NCBI GenBank assembly: GCA_951406725.2 | Contig: OX597820.1 | Span: 101,804,001 to 101,868,000, forward strand | DNA: 64,000 nucleotides | Direction: 5' to 3' | Source of the DNA: Octopus vulgaris | Lineage: Eukaryota | Shown here: one piece after another, positions 1 to 12,268 of the stretch | How positions within the stretch are numbered: position 1 is the stretch's first letter | How the letters are laid out: each line of letters begins with the position of its first letter | Translations under genes and position numbers: made by a program | The notes under the pieces: generated by a model | The model's input: the letters and a program-made list of their open reading frames with translations, nothing else | Database searches by the model: none | What the model was told of the DNA's origin: nothing

Positions 1-509
1 AGAAATAACTATTTAAAATCCATGATCTTTCTAATCACATTTGGAGGTTAAAACAATGTTGTCTGTAGACTAATATCATGAAACACAGTTAAATAGTGGA
101 ATGGATTTTAAATAGACACTTCATTTTCCTTTTACTTGTGTCAGTCATTAGACTGCAGCCATGGTGGGGTACTGCATTGGAAAAAAGAAAATTGTCAAAT
201 GGCCTTAATGCAAATTTTGGCTCTTATTAGTGTCACTTGACCAATCCTAAAAATACTTGTTTCAAATTTTGGAGCAAGGCCAGCAACTTTAGTTGGAAGA
301 AGTTAGTTGATTCCATTCACCCCCAATGCTCAACTGATACTGTATGTCGTTGACATTAAAGGGATGAAAAACAAGTTGACCATGGCAGTTTTTGAACTCG
401 GAGCATAAAGAGCTGGAAGAAATGTTGCTAAGCATTTTGTCCTATGTGCTAATGATCCTACTAGCTCACAGCCATTATAAGATTGTCAGCAATGGGATAT
501 ACATACATA

Positions 510-1142
510 CACAGGAGGGGGAAGTCAAAATTTATCTGCACTCTCACCATAACATACCTTTATTATTGTCACACTGCCTTCTACACATGAGTGTTTATAG
601 TTGGTACTATTGTGGTCACGTAATCAAAATTTGAGCCTGATCGCTCCACTAGCAATGTGCAGCAAAGAAGAACAAAGAGTAGTCATCTGATTTCTCTGGT
701 TGGAAGGTGTGTTAAGTACTGAAATTCATCAGTGGCTTTTATCACAATACGGGGACAATGCACTGCTGAGTAGAAGTGTGCATTAGTGGATTGAGAACTT
801 TAAAAGTAGCTGGACAAGTGTGACACACAAAGAGGGAGAAGGACGCCCCGTCAACCTCCAACACTGAGGAGAAAATTCAGCAAGCTCAAGAGATGGTATT
901 GGTGAACCGGTTCACTATTACCATCTCTTGGATCATTGCTCTTTGTTCTTCTTTGGTGAACATTGTTAGTGGGGCAGCCATGCTTATATTGTAAAGCCAG
1001 CAAGAAAAATGGAGTGATCAGGCTCAAACTTTCATCATGTGACCACAATACTACCAATTATAAGCACGCACGCACAGAAGGCAGTGAGACAATAATAAAG
1101 ATGTTATGGCGAAAGTGCGGATAATTTTTGACTTCCTTCGTG
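510..1142. mobile_element. Mariner-derived foldback (palindromic) non-autonomous element
   Basis: TA at 508-509 and 1143-1144; long inverted arms. Left arm encodes a decayed mariner N-terminal HTH (EEQRVVI*FLWLEGVLSTEIHQWLLSQYGDNALLSRSVH*WIENFKSSWTSVTHKEGEGRP). Symmetry axis at 908/909 (gtgaaccggttcac). Confidence 0.85.
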
Positions 1143-1299
1143 TATATATAGACACACACACACATACACATATATATATATATATACATACATATATATA
1201 CATGCATATATACATATATATATATATATACATACATATATATATACATACATACATATATATATATAAATACACATACATATACATACATATATATAT

Positions 1300-1704
1300 C
1301 AGGGTCATGCCGCCTAGGTAGGCAAGGTAGGCAGTGCCTACTTGAATAAAATAGATTGAAAGCAACATTTTCCTTTTATGGCAAAATATGCACCTAATTC
1401 AATAAAATTATAAAGGTTACTCTGATTACTATGCATAAAATGCAAAATATTTTATTTTTTTGTAGATTAGGTAGGCATAATTCGTCTCTGCTTTTCAATT
1501 TCAGTATTTAAGCTACGCATAGTACTGCTGTAGTACATGTGCTGCATACACTCCTACAACACTGTTTTCTTTATGTGCTATAAAGGCAGAAGTAAATCTG
1601 CCTTCAATTCAGTTGCACGCCTGTGTTTCGCTTATTTTCTATGTGTTTACTACATAAAGGTTACCAACTGCCTACCCCAAGTAATTACTGACGGCACATG
1701 CCTA
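1300..1704. mobile_element. hAT-like MITE within TA-rich microsatellite
   Basis: Imperfect TIRs (cagggtcatgccgc ... gacggcacatgccta) and repeated subterminal gtaggca/tgcctac motifs. Confidence 0.45.
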
Positions 1705-1754
1705 TATATATATATACTTATATATATATACTTATATATATATACACACATACA

Positions 1755-2200
1755 CTGTGTGGTTAATATGTTTGCTTCTCAGTTATATGGTTTCTTGTTC
1801 AGATTCACTATATGGAACCTTGGGCAAGTGTCTTCTACTGTTGGCCCTGTCCTACTAAAGCCTTAGCCCCCAAGTAGATTTGGAACACAGAAAATTCAAG
1901 TTCATCATATATCTGTGTATAGATATATAGGTATGTTTGTGTGAATGTGTGCATGGGTGTTTTTGCTGCCTTATCCTTGACACTGCACTATAGTTACAAA
2001 TGAGCATTACTGTCATATGAGCATTGACCCTTGTTTCTAGTGTTTTGTGAGTATGTCTAGCCATGGGGAAATATTACCTTGTTTGGAAACAGGTAGAAGT
2101 TGGTGACATGAAGTGTATCTGACCATAGAAAATCTGCACCAATGAATTCTATCTAACCCATGCAAGCATCAAAAAGTGCATGTTAAAATGATGAAGATGG
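1755..2200 (+). mobile_element. Old diverged SINE (family A head) with RTE-type tail
   Basis: Contains the family A core ccttgggcaagtgtcttctact and ends aacccatgcaagcat...ttaaaatgatga, like the RTE 3' ends elsewhere in the window. Confidence 0.55.
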
Positions 2201-2218
2201 TATGTATGTATGTGTGTA

Positions 2219-2258
<40 letters not shown>

Positions 2259-2474
2259 AAGAGAGATGGAGTGAAGAAGAAGAGGAAAAATGAAGGGTAT
2301 GCATGATAAAACATTTTCACCTAAAATAAATCGAATAAAAAAAAAAAAAACTAACATTTTCTCTTTTCTTTTATTTTTTGTTTGTTTTAAAGTGAAACCA
2401 AAAACACACAACTAGCATTAAAAAGTAGAGTCTGAGGAAGTAAACAAATGGAAAGAGAAAGTATGTTGAGTTAC

Positions 2475-2533
2475 CACTTGAATCTGTTTGCATGGCAACA
2501 ACGGCATCAGGGAGTTCCTCAATAGAAGAGCAC
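2475..2533 (-). CDS. Candidate downstream exon (59 nt): VLFY-stop in phase 0, or (R)CSSIEELPDAVVAMQTDSS in phase 2
   Basis: Strong acceptor cttttggttttctgtag and donor GTG|gtaact in unique, non-repeat sequence. Reading frame unresolved. Confidence 0.55.
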
Positions 2534-2747
2534 CTACAGAAAACCAAAAGATGATTTGAAAACCTTTCAAGATTAATTAGGGTTGGTACAGCAATCAGAG
2601 CCTCTTATATGATTCATGCCACCAGTTAGTTATAGTCATCAAAACAGCATTCCCATGCATATGTGCAGATATTATTATTATTTATTTTTTTTTTTGATAC
2701 AACAGATATCACTTCAGATCTATAAAGGTAACAGTGTTCTCACTTAC

Positions 2748-2816
2748 CTGAGAAATAACTTTGCACGAAAATGACCTTCCTATCGCTAATAATCCAATTA
2801 TTACAAAGAGTGGAAT
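2748..2816 (-). CDS. Candidate downstream/alternative exon (69 nt), phase 0 reading IPLFVIIGLLAIGRSFSCKVISQ
   Basis: Consensus donor CAG|gtaagt; acceptor acacaacag with a ctaac branch point upstream; frame-preserving length. Assignment to TP53I11 is inferred from strand and phase only. Confidence 0.5.
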
Positions 2817-3329
2817 CTGTTGTGTCAGCCAGCAAAACTTAGTTAGTCAAGCGCATTTATGTTTTGCCCATGAGCACATCCTTATGATAGTAGAAACGTT
2901 GAAACTAATAACTAATTAGATCAGAAGGACAGAATTTTAACTTCACATCCTTTAAGCAAGGTTGGGTTGCGATTATATATTTTAGTCATTCTCACGTTCA
3001 CACCACATTTCCCCAGAAATTAGATAGTTCTCTAATATACAGACACACATACTTATAAATACACACACACATAAATGTATATGTACACACACACACATAT
3101 ACCTATATATGTATACATGCACATACATAGAGGTACATATATACATAAAACTATATATATCTATACATATATACATTCATGGATACATATATGCATGCTT
3201 GCATACATAAGTACATACATTCACATTTACAATATAATGAATTTCACAGTATAATGAAACTTGCATTCCCTGGCCTGAATCATATTGAAACAGTGAGTCA
3301 CATCTTAAATAATTCATGTAAGGTAGGAC

Positions 3330-4820
3330 AGAAATTGTTGGAGAAGGATGTGGTATACATGTGTATATGGTATGTGTGCTGAAGGTTGGAACAATGAGGT
3401 ACATTTGGAGTAGACAGTAGATATGTTGTGTGAAAGTGCAGGTTATGTAAATTGAGGGTAGAAGTTTAAACCATAATGGGTGAAAGTATGTAGAAAGAAG
3501 ATGATTTCTTGTTCCTTCTGGAAAAGAGAAGCAGAAATCTGGTTTCGGAGGGCAAACAAAACACCAAAGTTTTCCACAAACCTGTCACACATTCAGCCAT
3601 CAGTTTGCCCAATGTAAACTGAATCTCAGAAGAAACACTTGAGGAAGTAGGTAAAATTGGAGAATATGCAACTGAAAGAGTGCTTAGTATGGAAGGTAGA
3701 ATGGTTGGGTTCAATGAGGGTGATGGTGCTGACAGACAGGAAAGCGCAAGTATAGTAGTGAGGACAAATTCAGGAAATGGCTCCATGTGGGTGGAGTGTG
3801 GGTGAGAAAGGAGTAATGGACAAAGGGGCAGCAAAACTTGCAAATACACTAAAACAGAGAAAGTTAGTTGGCATAAGAGATGCAGGGTATAAAGGTAGAG
3901 GTGTGGTCAATTGCACCATCACATGAAAAAGAAACTTTAATAAAGATGAAAGGGTAATAGCATTGAGTATATAGGCCAGCTATGTATTAAGTTTGAGCTC
4001 TAATGCTACAGCTACAGAGACAATGTATTGGGAGTAGGAGAGTGTATATCGTGGGTGGAGTGGGAGGAGGATAACTAAAGACAGGCGTGGGGATTGGTGT
4101 ATTTATAAATAAAAAGTGGCAGTTAGGGTGAGGTGGGGCAGAAATGGTAAGAGAAGGGAGTGGTATATATATATGTGTATGGATGTGTGTTGAGGGTTGG
4201 AGTAAAGAGGTTCAGAGATCCTTGACATCTCTGTTTCCATTGACAAGGATGTCAAGGATATTAATTGGAGAGTTTTTCTGGAATGGAGGAGGTGAAATAG
4301 AGGGAATTAAGCTATTGAAGGGGATGAAAGAGATTAGCTCTTCAAAAGGAAGTGGGAAGAGAGAGGGAGAGAGAAGTAGGGTTGGTAGAATCATAAGTAT
4401 AGCATTTTTATAGCTTTGGTATAGGACCTGTGAACTGGGAAAACAATTAGGATAATGTCACCAATGAAATGATTGGCATTGTTGGGGATTGCCAATTCTT
4501 TGACCATGGCCACCTCCATAACTACTGCAAAGGAGAAAAAGTTGATCCTGAGTACAAGTTCAACCAGGTGGAGAAGAGTGGAGGTCCTAGGTAAAGGAGT
4601 GGTGCAGTGGTTAGGAAAACCATAGAAGCTTTTTTTAAGAGGAATCTCTCTATATATAAACGGCAAAATGTCTGTTTGTGTGTGTGTGCATGTCCTTTAT
4701 ACAAACCCACAATTTTTCAGTTAGAGGGCTTGCACTTTCTATGGTCAGTAAGTGGATGATGTGAGGAAAAATAGAGTACAGAGTGAGCAAGGAAAGGATA
4801 ACAAGTGGAAGGTGTGAAAA
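3330..4820 (-). mobile_element. Decayed Penelope-like retroelement (RT C-terminal part + GIY-YIG endonuclease)
   Basis: Minus-strand remnants LLHLVELVLRINFFSF..VAM..PNNANHFIG (RT), INILDILV, and FSCIFSNFTYFLKCFF*DSVYIGQTDG*MCDRFVEN (GIY-YIG, about 3570-3680), in PLE domain order. Many stops and frameshifts; ends approximate. Confidence 0.7.
4645..4748 (+). mobile_element. 5' end fragment of a non-autonomous Helitron inserted in the Penelope remnant
   Basis: Begins a|tctctctatatataaa, the same start as the complete Helitron at 10524. Confidence 0.5.
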
Positions 4821-5077
4821 AATGAGTCATGATTTTATGAACAAATGCTCTTCCTGATGCCAACCATTATGTTTTCAAGCAAGGGATTTTTCCTATTTTA
4901 GAAGTTTTCAAAAGACTGACAAGAAATGTCAACACCACTACTGCTTCACTCAACCAGCGACAAGCACAAACTATCAATGTTTACTCATATTTATGCATGC
5001 ACACATACACACTCACTCAAATAACAGGCTTCTGAACTTTCTATCTGCCAGGTTCTCTAACAAGGCCTTATATATAT

Positions 5078-5550
5078 ATATATCGCAAATAAGAAAATGG
5101 AGGAGAACAATAGGTGGTTCATCAACTTTTGGACATTCAAATGTTAACTTATTTATTAAACTGATAATTATAACAACATACATACATATAGCATATTATT
5201 CTCTTACCAATTCATATTCATGTTTTTTATAATAATTACTGGTATCCTTATATATTACTATATTTTATATCTTATATGCAAAGAATAATATGCTATATGT
5301 ATGTATGTTATTATAATTATCATTTTAATGTCCACCTATTGTTCTTCTCCATTTTCTTATTTGCAATATAAATTAATGGTAAAATATCTCTTTACCTTCA
5401 CCCATTTAATACATAAGGTAATGTAATTGCAATGCAATAAAAAAACACTTGTGTATTAATAATTGGGTATTCTACCAACAGTATATTGGATAGATATTAT
5501 CCCTTAGTGGGTTGGATTCACAACCCCTAACTTTCTTGGAGTTACATATA
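5078..5550 (+). mobile_element. (TA)n-embedded insertion with inverted 5' segment, probably Penelope-derived
   Basis: Arms about 5078-5204 and 5281-5370 are reverse complements with indels, followed by a unique 180 bp tail; TA repeats on both sides. Confidence 0.5.
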
Positions 5551-5639
5551 TATATAGACAGATACACGCACACACACACACATACAGTGACAAATATGTA
5601 TATATTATGCAGAATGTAAACACATATACATATCTACAT

Positions 5640-5806
5640 ATATGTGGCTTCTGTACCATTTTCATCTAACAAACTCATTAGCTAGCTATTGGTCTGCTAT
5701 GGGCTACAGTAGAAGACACTTGCTCAAGGTGCTGTTCAGTGGCACTAAATCTGAAACCATGTTGTTGGGAAGCAAGCTTCTTAACCACACAGTCATGGAC
5801 TGCACC
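5640..5806 (-). mobile_element. Family A SINE, diverged 5' half
   Basis: agtagaagacacttgctcaaggtgc...gaaaccatgttgttgggaagcaagcttcttaaccacacag is the reverse complement of the family A head. Confidence 0.7.
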
Positions 5807-6422
5807 TATATGTGTGTGTGTGTGTGTTTAATAAAGATATATATTCTCACAGAATAAGTATGAAATGTCTTTCAAGGTTTTGTGAAACACTAATGCACAA
5901 CAAATAATCAAATAGAACCAAAAAGTAACTACACTGGAATTTTTAAAAATCAACTTAAATATCTCGACTACTCACAAAACAATAGAATACTATAAAGACA
6001 AAATAAAATGATATATAATATGTAAAAAAAGTAGAAAAATTCAAAGAATGATTTCTACACTATGCAACTTGAAGAACGAAACCGTGTCACAAAAACTGTG
6101 TAATATATACAATGGGATTGACAATCTGGGAAGAGGGTGTGAAAAGAGTTTGGGACTATGTGCAGTGAGTGATGAGGGGTAAAGTGAACAATAGGTATCC
6201 ATCTAATAAGAAATTGTTAAATAAATATTTTGAGATAATTTACTGGTGGGATGTGTACAAATGTGTATGAAATGTGACAATGAGCAGAAAAAAAAATACA
6301 AACATAAATGAAATGAAAAAGATCCTTTGAACCTCATATCCTGTATGACACACGTGAAAATTTGATTAAAAATACCTTGAGGTAGCATTTTGATTTAGCT
6401 AACAGTCAGTATGATTCTTTTG

Positions 6423-6461
<39 letters not shown>

Positions 6462-6573
6462 TATATACACATATATGTATGTATGTTTTCCTTATGTTGA
6501 TTACTGTGAGCATGTTTTTATTTTCAAAAAGCCTAATAATTTATGAGCATTAGATAAAGAGTGATATAAAAAA

Positions 6574-6606
<33 letters not shown>

Positions 6607-8665
6607 AGAAAAGAAAAAAACGATGAGAAATATACAGAGAAAGCATAAATTGACCAGATGAGATTCAACATTTTTCATATCATTATTAATCAAAATAAAT
6701 TTTTTAAAAATTAAAATATAAAATATCAAAATAACAAAATATCATTTCGAGCCAGAATTTAATAAATTTAATCATATTAAAACCAATTATATGAAATCAC
6801 ATAAATTATCAAAGCAGTTAAGAGATTTGTTTGACAAGATAGATGTAATATATAGTTTAACATATCAAATGGTTTGATTCCCAGACATTGATGTGAAGTT
6901 ATCTGAACTTATCTTTTTAATGGTATATTTTTGCTGATTCAGAATTTTAAATAATGTATTGTATATTCACAATCTCTGACTTAGAAGGCAGGACAAGGAA
7001 ATTTAATAAGAGTCAAGCTCAAAACTGAATCACAATTGTAATAAATATAGTTAGTACAATTAAAACGACAATTGAGTTTTGTTAGAGTCATATTTCTTAA
7101 CTACACATTTAACATTAAAAAAAAAATCCTCCATATTTATTAAAAATGAAGAAATCTTCTGTGAGAACATTACTGATTGAATCATTGAAAATAACATAAT
7201 CAATGGGAAAAGAATATAGATGAGGAGTCCATTAATGTGGAAGAAAATATTTTGATACTCTTACTATACAAAACAATGCAGAAAAGTATATCTATTTAAG
7301 ATAATGATAAATGTGATTCAACCAAAAAGAAACTCAGGCTTCAAAATCATAAGCTTAGACATACTTTCTTTTAACAAAAATACACACAAGAAAGAAACAA
7401 TCAAAGTTTAAGTATGTATAAGCCACCAGTACAAAACAAAACAAAAAAACAACTTCACTTTCCAATGACAGTTGTATAAATACTAAAATATTGTTAAATT
7501 AATCATATCTATTTATCTCAGTCTTTCTATATTTACATATTTACACCCACAAATACACTTCTATATTAAGCCAGTCATGTAAATAGGCATCATAAATTCA
7601 ATATCATTAATTGTTTTCTTTTCCTCTAGCTTATCTTATAGCTTTTCCTTCTTTCAGACAAAAGGTATAATCTGAAAAGTTAGATTCTTTTATATTACTT
7701 TCATTGAAATATTTATTTTCACTTCTTTACATTTCTTCCATTATTGTTATTTTGTTTTATACTTATATACTTTTTTCAGCCAAGTGTTCCACTTGCCTAA
7801 CTTCACATATTATGTTTGTTTGTATCATCCTTGCTGTATAATGTAACTCATTTTGTGTTTTTATGCCTACAAAAAAACAAATTGTTGTTACTTCCTAGAT
7901 TGACCATGACTATGCATACACATATATATGCATGTATGTCTGTACACACATATATATGTACCATTAATATAATGTTAGATAGCAAATATTTGGTAAACAC
8001 ATGAATAAGGACAACAATAAACCTTATGGAAAGGAACTGAACCATGAATTTCCTTCTGATAAGCTGCTTATTTTTGCATTTGAACTGTTATTTAGAAAAT
8101 CATAAATACACATGGATTTTTTCTGTAATATTATTGACAGCTTTCACAACAGATCTCAACAGGAAAAAAAAAGCTAAACTAGTTTACACAGATTATGCCA
8201 ACATTCAAACAAGAGGATGCTTCAAACAAACAAACAAAAAGAAGTAGTGAGCAAAACAAAAATACAAAACCAAAAAAAAAAAGAAAAAGAAAGAAAAAAG
8301 TCAAATGTTTTAAAAGATCAACAAATTTTAAGAATACCAAAATACCAGAACACACAGACACACACACATGTATATATATATATCATAAAAGAAAGAAGCA
8401 CAGCATGGAAGCTTATGATTAAACAGAAACCTAAAACTACAGCACTAATTTGTTCTATTGTGATAAAGTACAAAATGTACTGGATAACAGTGGAGAGAGA
8501 GAGAGAGAGAGAGTAGGGCGTAGGGTGTAGGAGAAAATAAGCGAGTCCCCCCAACTTTTACTCATATTGCGAACATATACTGCATGGCTTAAATTGTCTG
8601 CATGCATAATTTCTAAATACAGTTGTTTGAGAGAAAGGAAATGTGTTTGTGTGTATGTATATGTG

Positions 8666-8710
<45 letters not shown>

Positions 8711-9239
8711 GCACAGGGGTATGTATAAATATATGCATATATATGCACACACAAACTGTTAGATAAATATGTGCTCATGTACATACACCCATATACATCA
8801 TATACAATCAAGGCAGATATTCACACATACATAAAAGCATGTGCTGCCAGAGAGATCCTCAAAGAAATATGCATCAACATATTTCAGTGTATAATAGAAG
8901 TAGTAGAACCACAGAAAATAGCTAGATTATATGAAAGATCTTAAAGTGTATGGAACCCCTGTTTGTAAAGTAGTTTTAACAGCTGATAATATCTCGACTA
9001 TAAAAATACTGACTGGTATTCCTTCAGAAGTAAAATATTCTAATAAACACCTAAATGTGGTGGTGGTGGTGGTGGAAAACTTCTAACAAGCAGAATCTAC
9101 TAGAGAGACTTACTTTTCAATTGAGCTGCTTTACTCATCTGATTTCAGTGATTACCAGCGAGAGTGAATTGAATAACCAGCTTGCAAAGACAGAGCTTGT
9201 CCTAGATACACTACACAGAGACAAAGCATGTGTTGTTTT

Positions 9240-9440
9240 TGTTGTTGTATAACCCCAGGTTGGCTTTTATTGCCACCAGACCTAGGATCAAAGATGTTCA
9301 AGCCAGGGTAATCTCATCTTTTATTGAGATGTGATATATTAAGCATATATCTAGGACTACATAATCCAATGTGATAATACAGTGTGAATTAAAAGATTTA
9401 GCTGGTACTTCCAGCAAACTAGGCAACCATATACAGGCTC
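9240..9440 (-). mobile_element. Old dispersed repeat (family E, SINE-like)
   Basis: Shares tctaggactacat-atccaatg and gacct..gatcaaag..ttccagcc motifs with diverged copies near 21280-21470, 22300-22460 and 42640-43070. Confidence 0.5.
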
Positions 9441-10523
9441 CTTTATTGGCTAAAAAGTAGATTTGGTGATTTTGAATTAGGGCTGATGATTGCAGCCTCA
9501 GAAAATCCACGAAAATATCTACGATATTAGGAAGAAAATCTCCTTATAGTTTAAATAATATATAAGCCTCTTAATTAGACAGTATACACAGTAATATGGA
9601 TAGAAAATGAAGGACAGGAGTAACCTTGAGAAATGTCAACATCTGCAAAGAATCTACACTGAACTTTGCAATCATTTAACAGCATAAAGAAAACAGATGC
9701 ATTGTGAAGTGAGACAGTCATGAGTGAAATTTAGTAAATATAATGAATATAAATAGTTCTAGTTAGGAAAGTGTACAGCAAACAGATATAGACCTAATAT
9801 AGTCTTTCAATGGTTCCAGTCATTAGAACATTGCTAGGGTATCATCTCCAAATGTTTCCATCAATTATATCAACCCAAGTTAACAATCTCATGTAATAAA
9901 ATGACAATACTTATATGATACTAAAAACCAAAAGATATATCTGTGAAACAGATATTTTTTGCCACCCCATGCTAAGTTGATGAACACACATAGACAAGCA
10001 TGTATATTTATGTTGTAACAACTCATAAATTATTTACAGCTGAGCTTTATTCAATGTTTTCAGTGTTGTAATTCAAGATACATTTCACAGTAATTTACTA
10101 CAAACTTGTATATATGGAGTAAAAAAAAAATAAAGGAGAATATCTAATAAATTAATATTTTTGAGCATTTATTGAAGTATTGTAATCAGATCCACCTGGA
10201 TCTTTGTGTTTTACCAAAAGAAACTTGACTCAAGACAGAATTCCCATGAATGAATGCATGACTGAGATGCTGAAAATGGCAGGTCTCTTCATAAACCTTG
10301 CCTGACACTCCTACCAGACAAGACCACCAACAAGAATTAAAAAAAAATTGTGTTAAGCAGTTCCCACCTGCCAGTTCCGCCAAATTTTTTAAATGCCATG
10401 AGTTAGAAAATGCAATTTATCTATAATTGGTGATACTTGTGTGACTTATTCTGTTCAGGCACGAATGCATTATTCCACACCTCCTCTACAGCATGTAGAA
10501 TGTGTAAAGGAGTAAAATAATAA

Positions 10524-10917
10524 TCTCTCTATATATAAAGCTGAAGTTGTCTGTGTATGGTAGGTTTGGTAGCCTTCAACTAACACTATTTCCTCCGAGA
10601 CCCTGAGGCACAAGTTGACCAAAATTGAGAGTTTGATAGAAGAAGGCTTGCTCTTCCTTCCGTAGAAGAAAAAATTCAAATTGGATGTTAACACCAAAAA
10701 TTATTTACATCAAAAACGTGCTTTTTTTCTATGAAAATCCCTGTTTCTTACGATTTTTTGACTGCTGTGTTGCCATTTTTCGGTGTATTTCAACCAGAAA
10801 AATGTTCGCTTAAAGAGAATAACAAGCTACAAAATGCAAAATTTTTACTTTCAAAAATTCTAATTCTAAAGGGTCAAAAAGAAAACAAGCTCGAGCAACG
10901 CTGGGCTATACTGCTAG
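10524..10917 (+). mobile_element. Complete non-autonomous Helitron
   Basis: 5' A|TC start (tctctctatatataaag), subterminal GC hairpin gctcgagcaacgctgggc, 3' CTAG|T, no TSD. Confidence 0.85.
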
Positions 10918-11672
10918 TAATAAATAAAAACCTCTGATATCTGCTTCTAGCTCAGAGAGAAAAGATAAACTTATGAAGCCTCTTCCCACCATCCCTTGAT
11001 CTCATGGGTTCCAGAAAAAGGGAAATATTTGTTTTTGCTTGGTCTTGTTTTAAAATTAAATTTCAGTATGTTGAGCCAAATAACCAGTATTCAGTTATAC
11101 AACACATTATGCAGTACACCTACTTAGCATCCACATATCATACACAAAGTGCATTATATGGATCAAATGCATACTAAGTACAGAAGAGATGAACCCATAA
11201 ACAAAAGTTTCTGAAAAAACGTAACCTACATGTTCAAAGCAAACCATAAACTGCCACTAATATTGCATTACAAGAAGAATAAGACCAAAAACTTCTATAT
11301 TAACATCACACACATGTAAACCTGAGAACAAGCTACAAATGATCAAAGTAATGCATAAATTTGACTATAAATGCAGAAGTCACAATCTTCAGGATTTTTT
11401 TACACAGGCCAGACAAGAAAAACACTCCTTCGTATGCTGAATATGCCTTTCCAAGAAATAGCAATTGCAAACTCACTATATCACACACTATAAAAATAAA
11501 GCTACAAAGGACAAAATATTAGATGATAATACATCTATATTCTATAGAATTCTCCACAGTAACAGATGAATATGAAAGCAATATTGAGAACTCAGCACAA
11601 GGCTACAATTAATGTACAAACAGCATACACATGTCACAAACAAAATAAGTATGTCAAGGATGATGTGTTATT

Positions 11673-11770
11673 CTAATGGGCAAAATACAAATTCAGTGAC
11701 ATGAAACGCTAATGGGCAAAATATAAGTTCGATCACATGGAATGCTAATGCACTAATGGTGAAAATTCAA
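11673..11770. repeat. Diverged 36-bp tandem repeat (about 2.5 copies)
   Basis: ctaatgggcaaaatacaaattcagtgacatgaaacg / ctaatgggcaaaatataagttcgatcacatggaatg / ctaatggtgaaaattcaag. Confidence 0.75.
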
Positions 11771-12045
11771 GGAGGAAAATCTGCACAAACAAAATTCTGG
11801 CAGTTAAGTCTGCATAAATGAATGCTATTCATTACACAAATAGGAGTACAGATACCAACACCACACTATATCCTGAAAAATCGCATTAAGATAATCTGGA
11901 AATGTTGATTTAATCTATTTAGGAACTTCATTGAACTTGAACAAATTGTAAGGCACTGATATGCAGATATGAAAAACCTCAAGAAAAAAAAAAAAAGATT
12001 AAATTGGAACTTTCAATATATAATATCTAAATGATAAACTGTTAC

Positions 12046-12074
<29 letters not shown>

Positions 12075-12087
<13 letters not shown>

Positions 12088-12268
12088 TTCGAGACAAAAC
12101 CACTATTTTGCAAATCAAACAAAGAAAGACTTAATCAATACATAAAAAATTTTAATATAAAGTAAATAAATAAATATTTACTTTATATTAAAATTTTTTA
12201 TGTATTGATTAAGTCTTTCCTTGTTTGATTTGCAAAATAGTGGTTTTGTCTCGAATTAATATTATATA
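12075..12268. repeat. Near-perfect 94-bp-arm palindrome inside a (TA)n-flanked insertion (to about 12365)
   Basis: 12075-12168 is the reverse complement of 12175-12268 with one visible mismatch and a 6-nt loop. Confidence 0.95.

Noticed and set aside
1051-1368. [12 protein letters not shown]-rich ORFs here and at 8455-8811, 14570-14903, 43345-43713, 50742-51111
   Set aside because: Translations of (TA)n, (TG)n and (CA)n microsatellites, which lack stop codons.
9478-9530. CTGATGA...GAAA on the plus strand
   Set aside because: No stem I or stem III complementarity; chance match.
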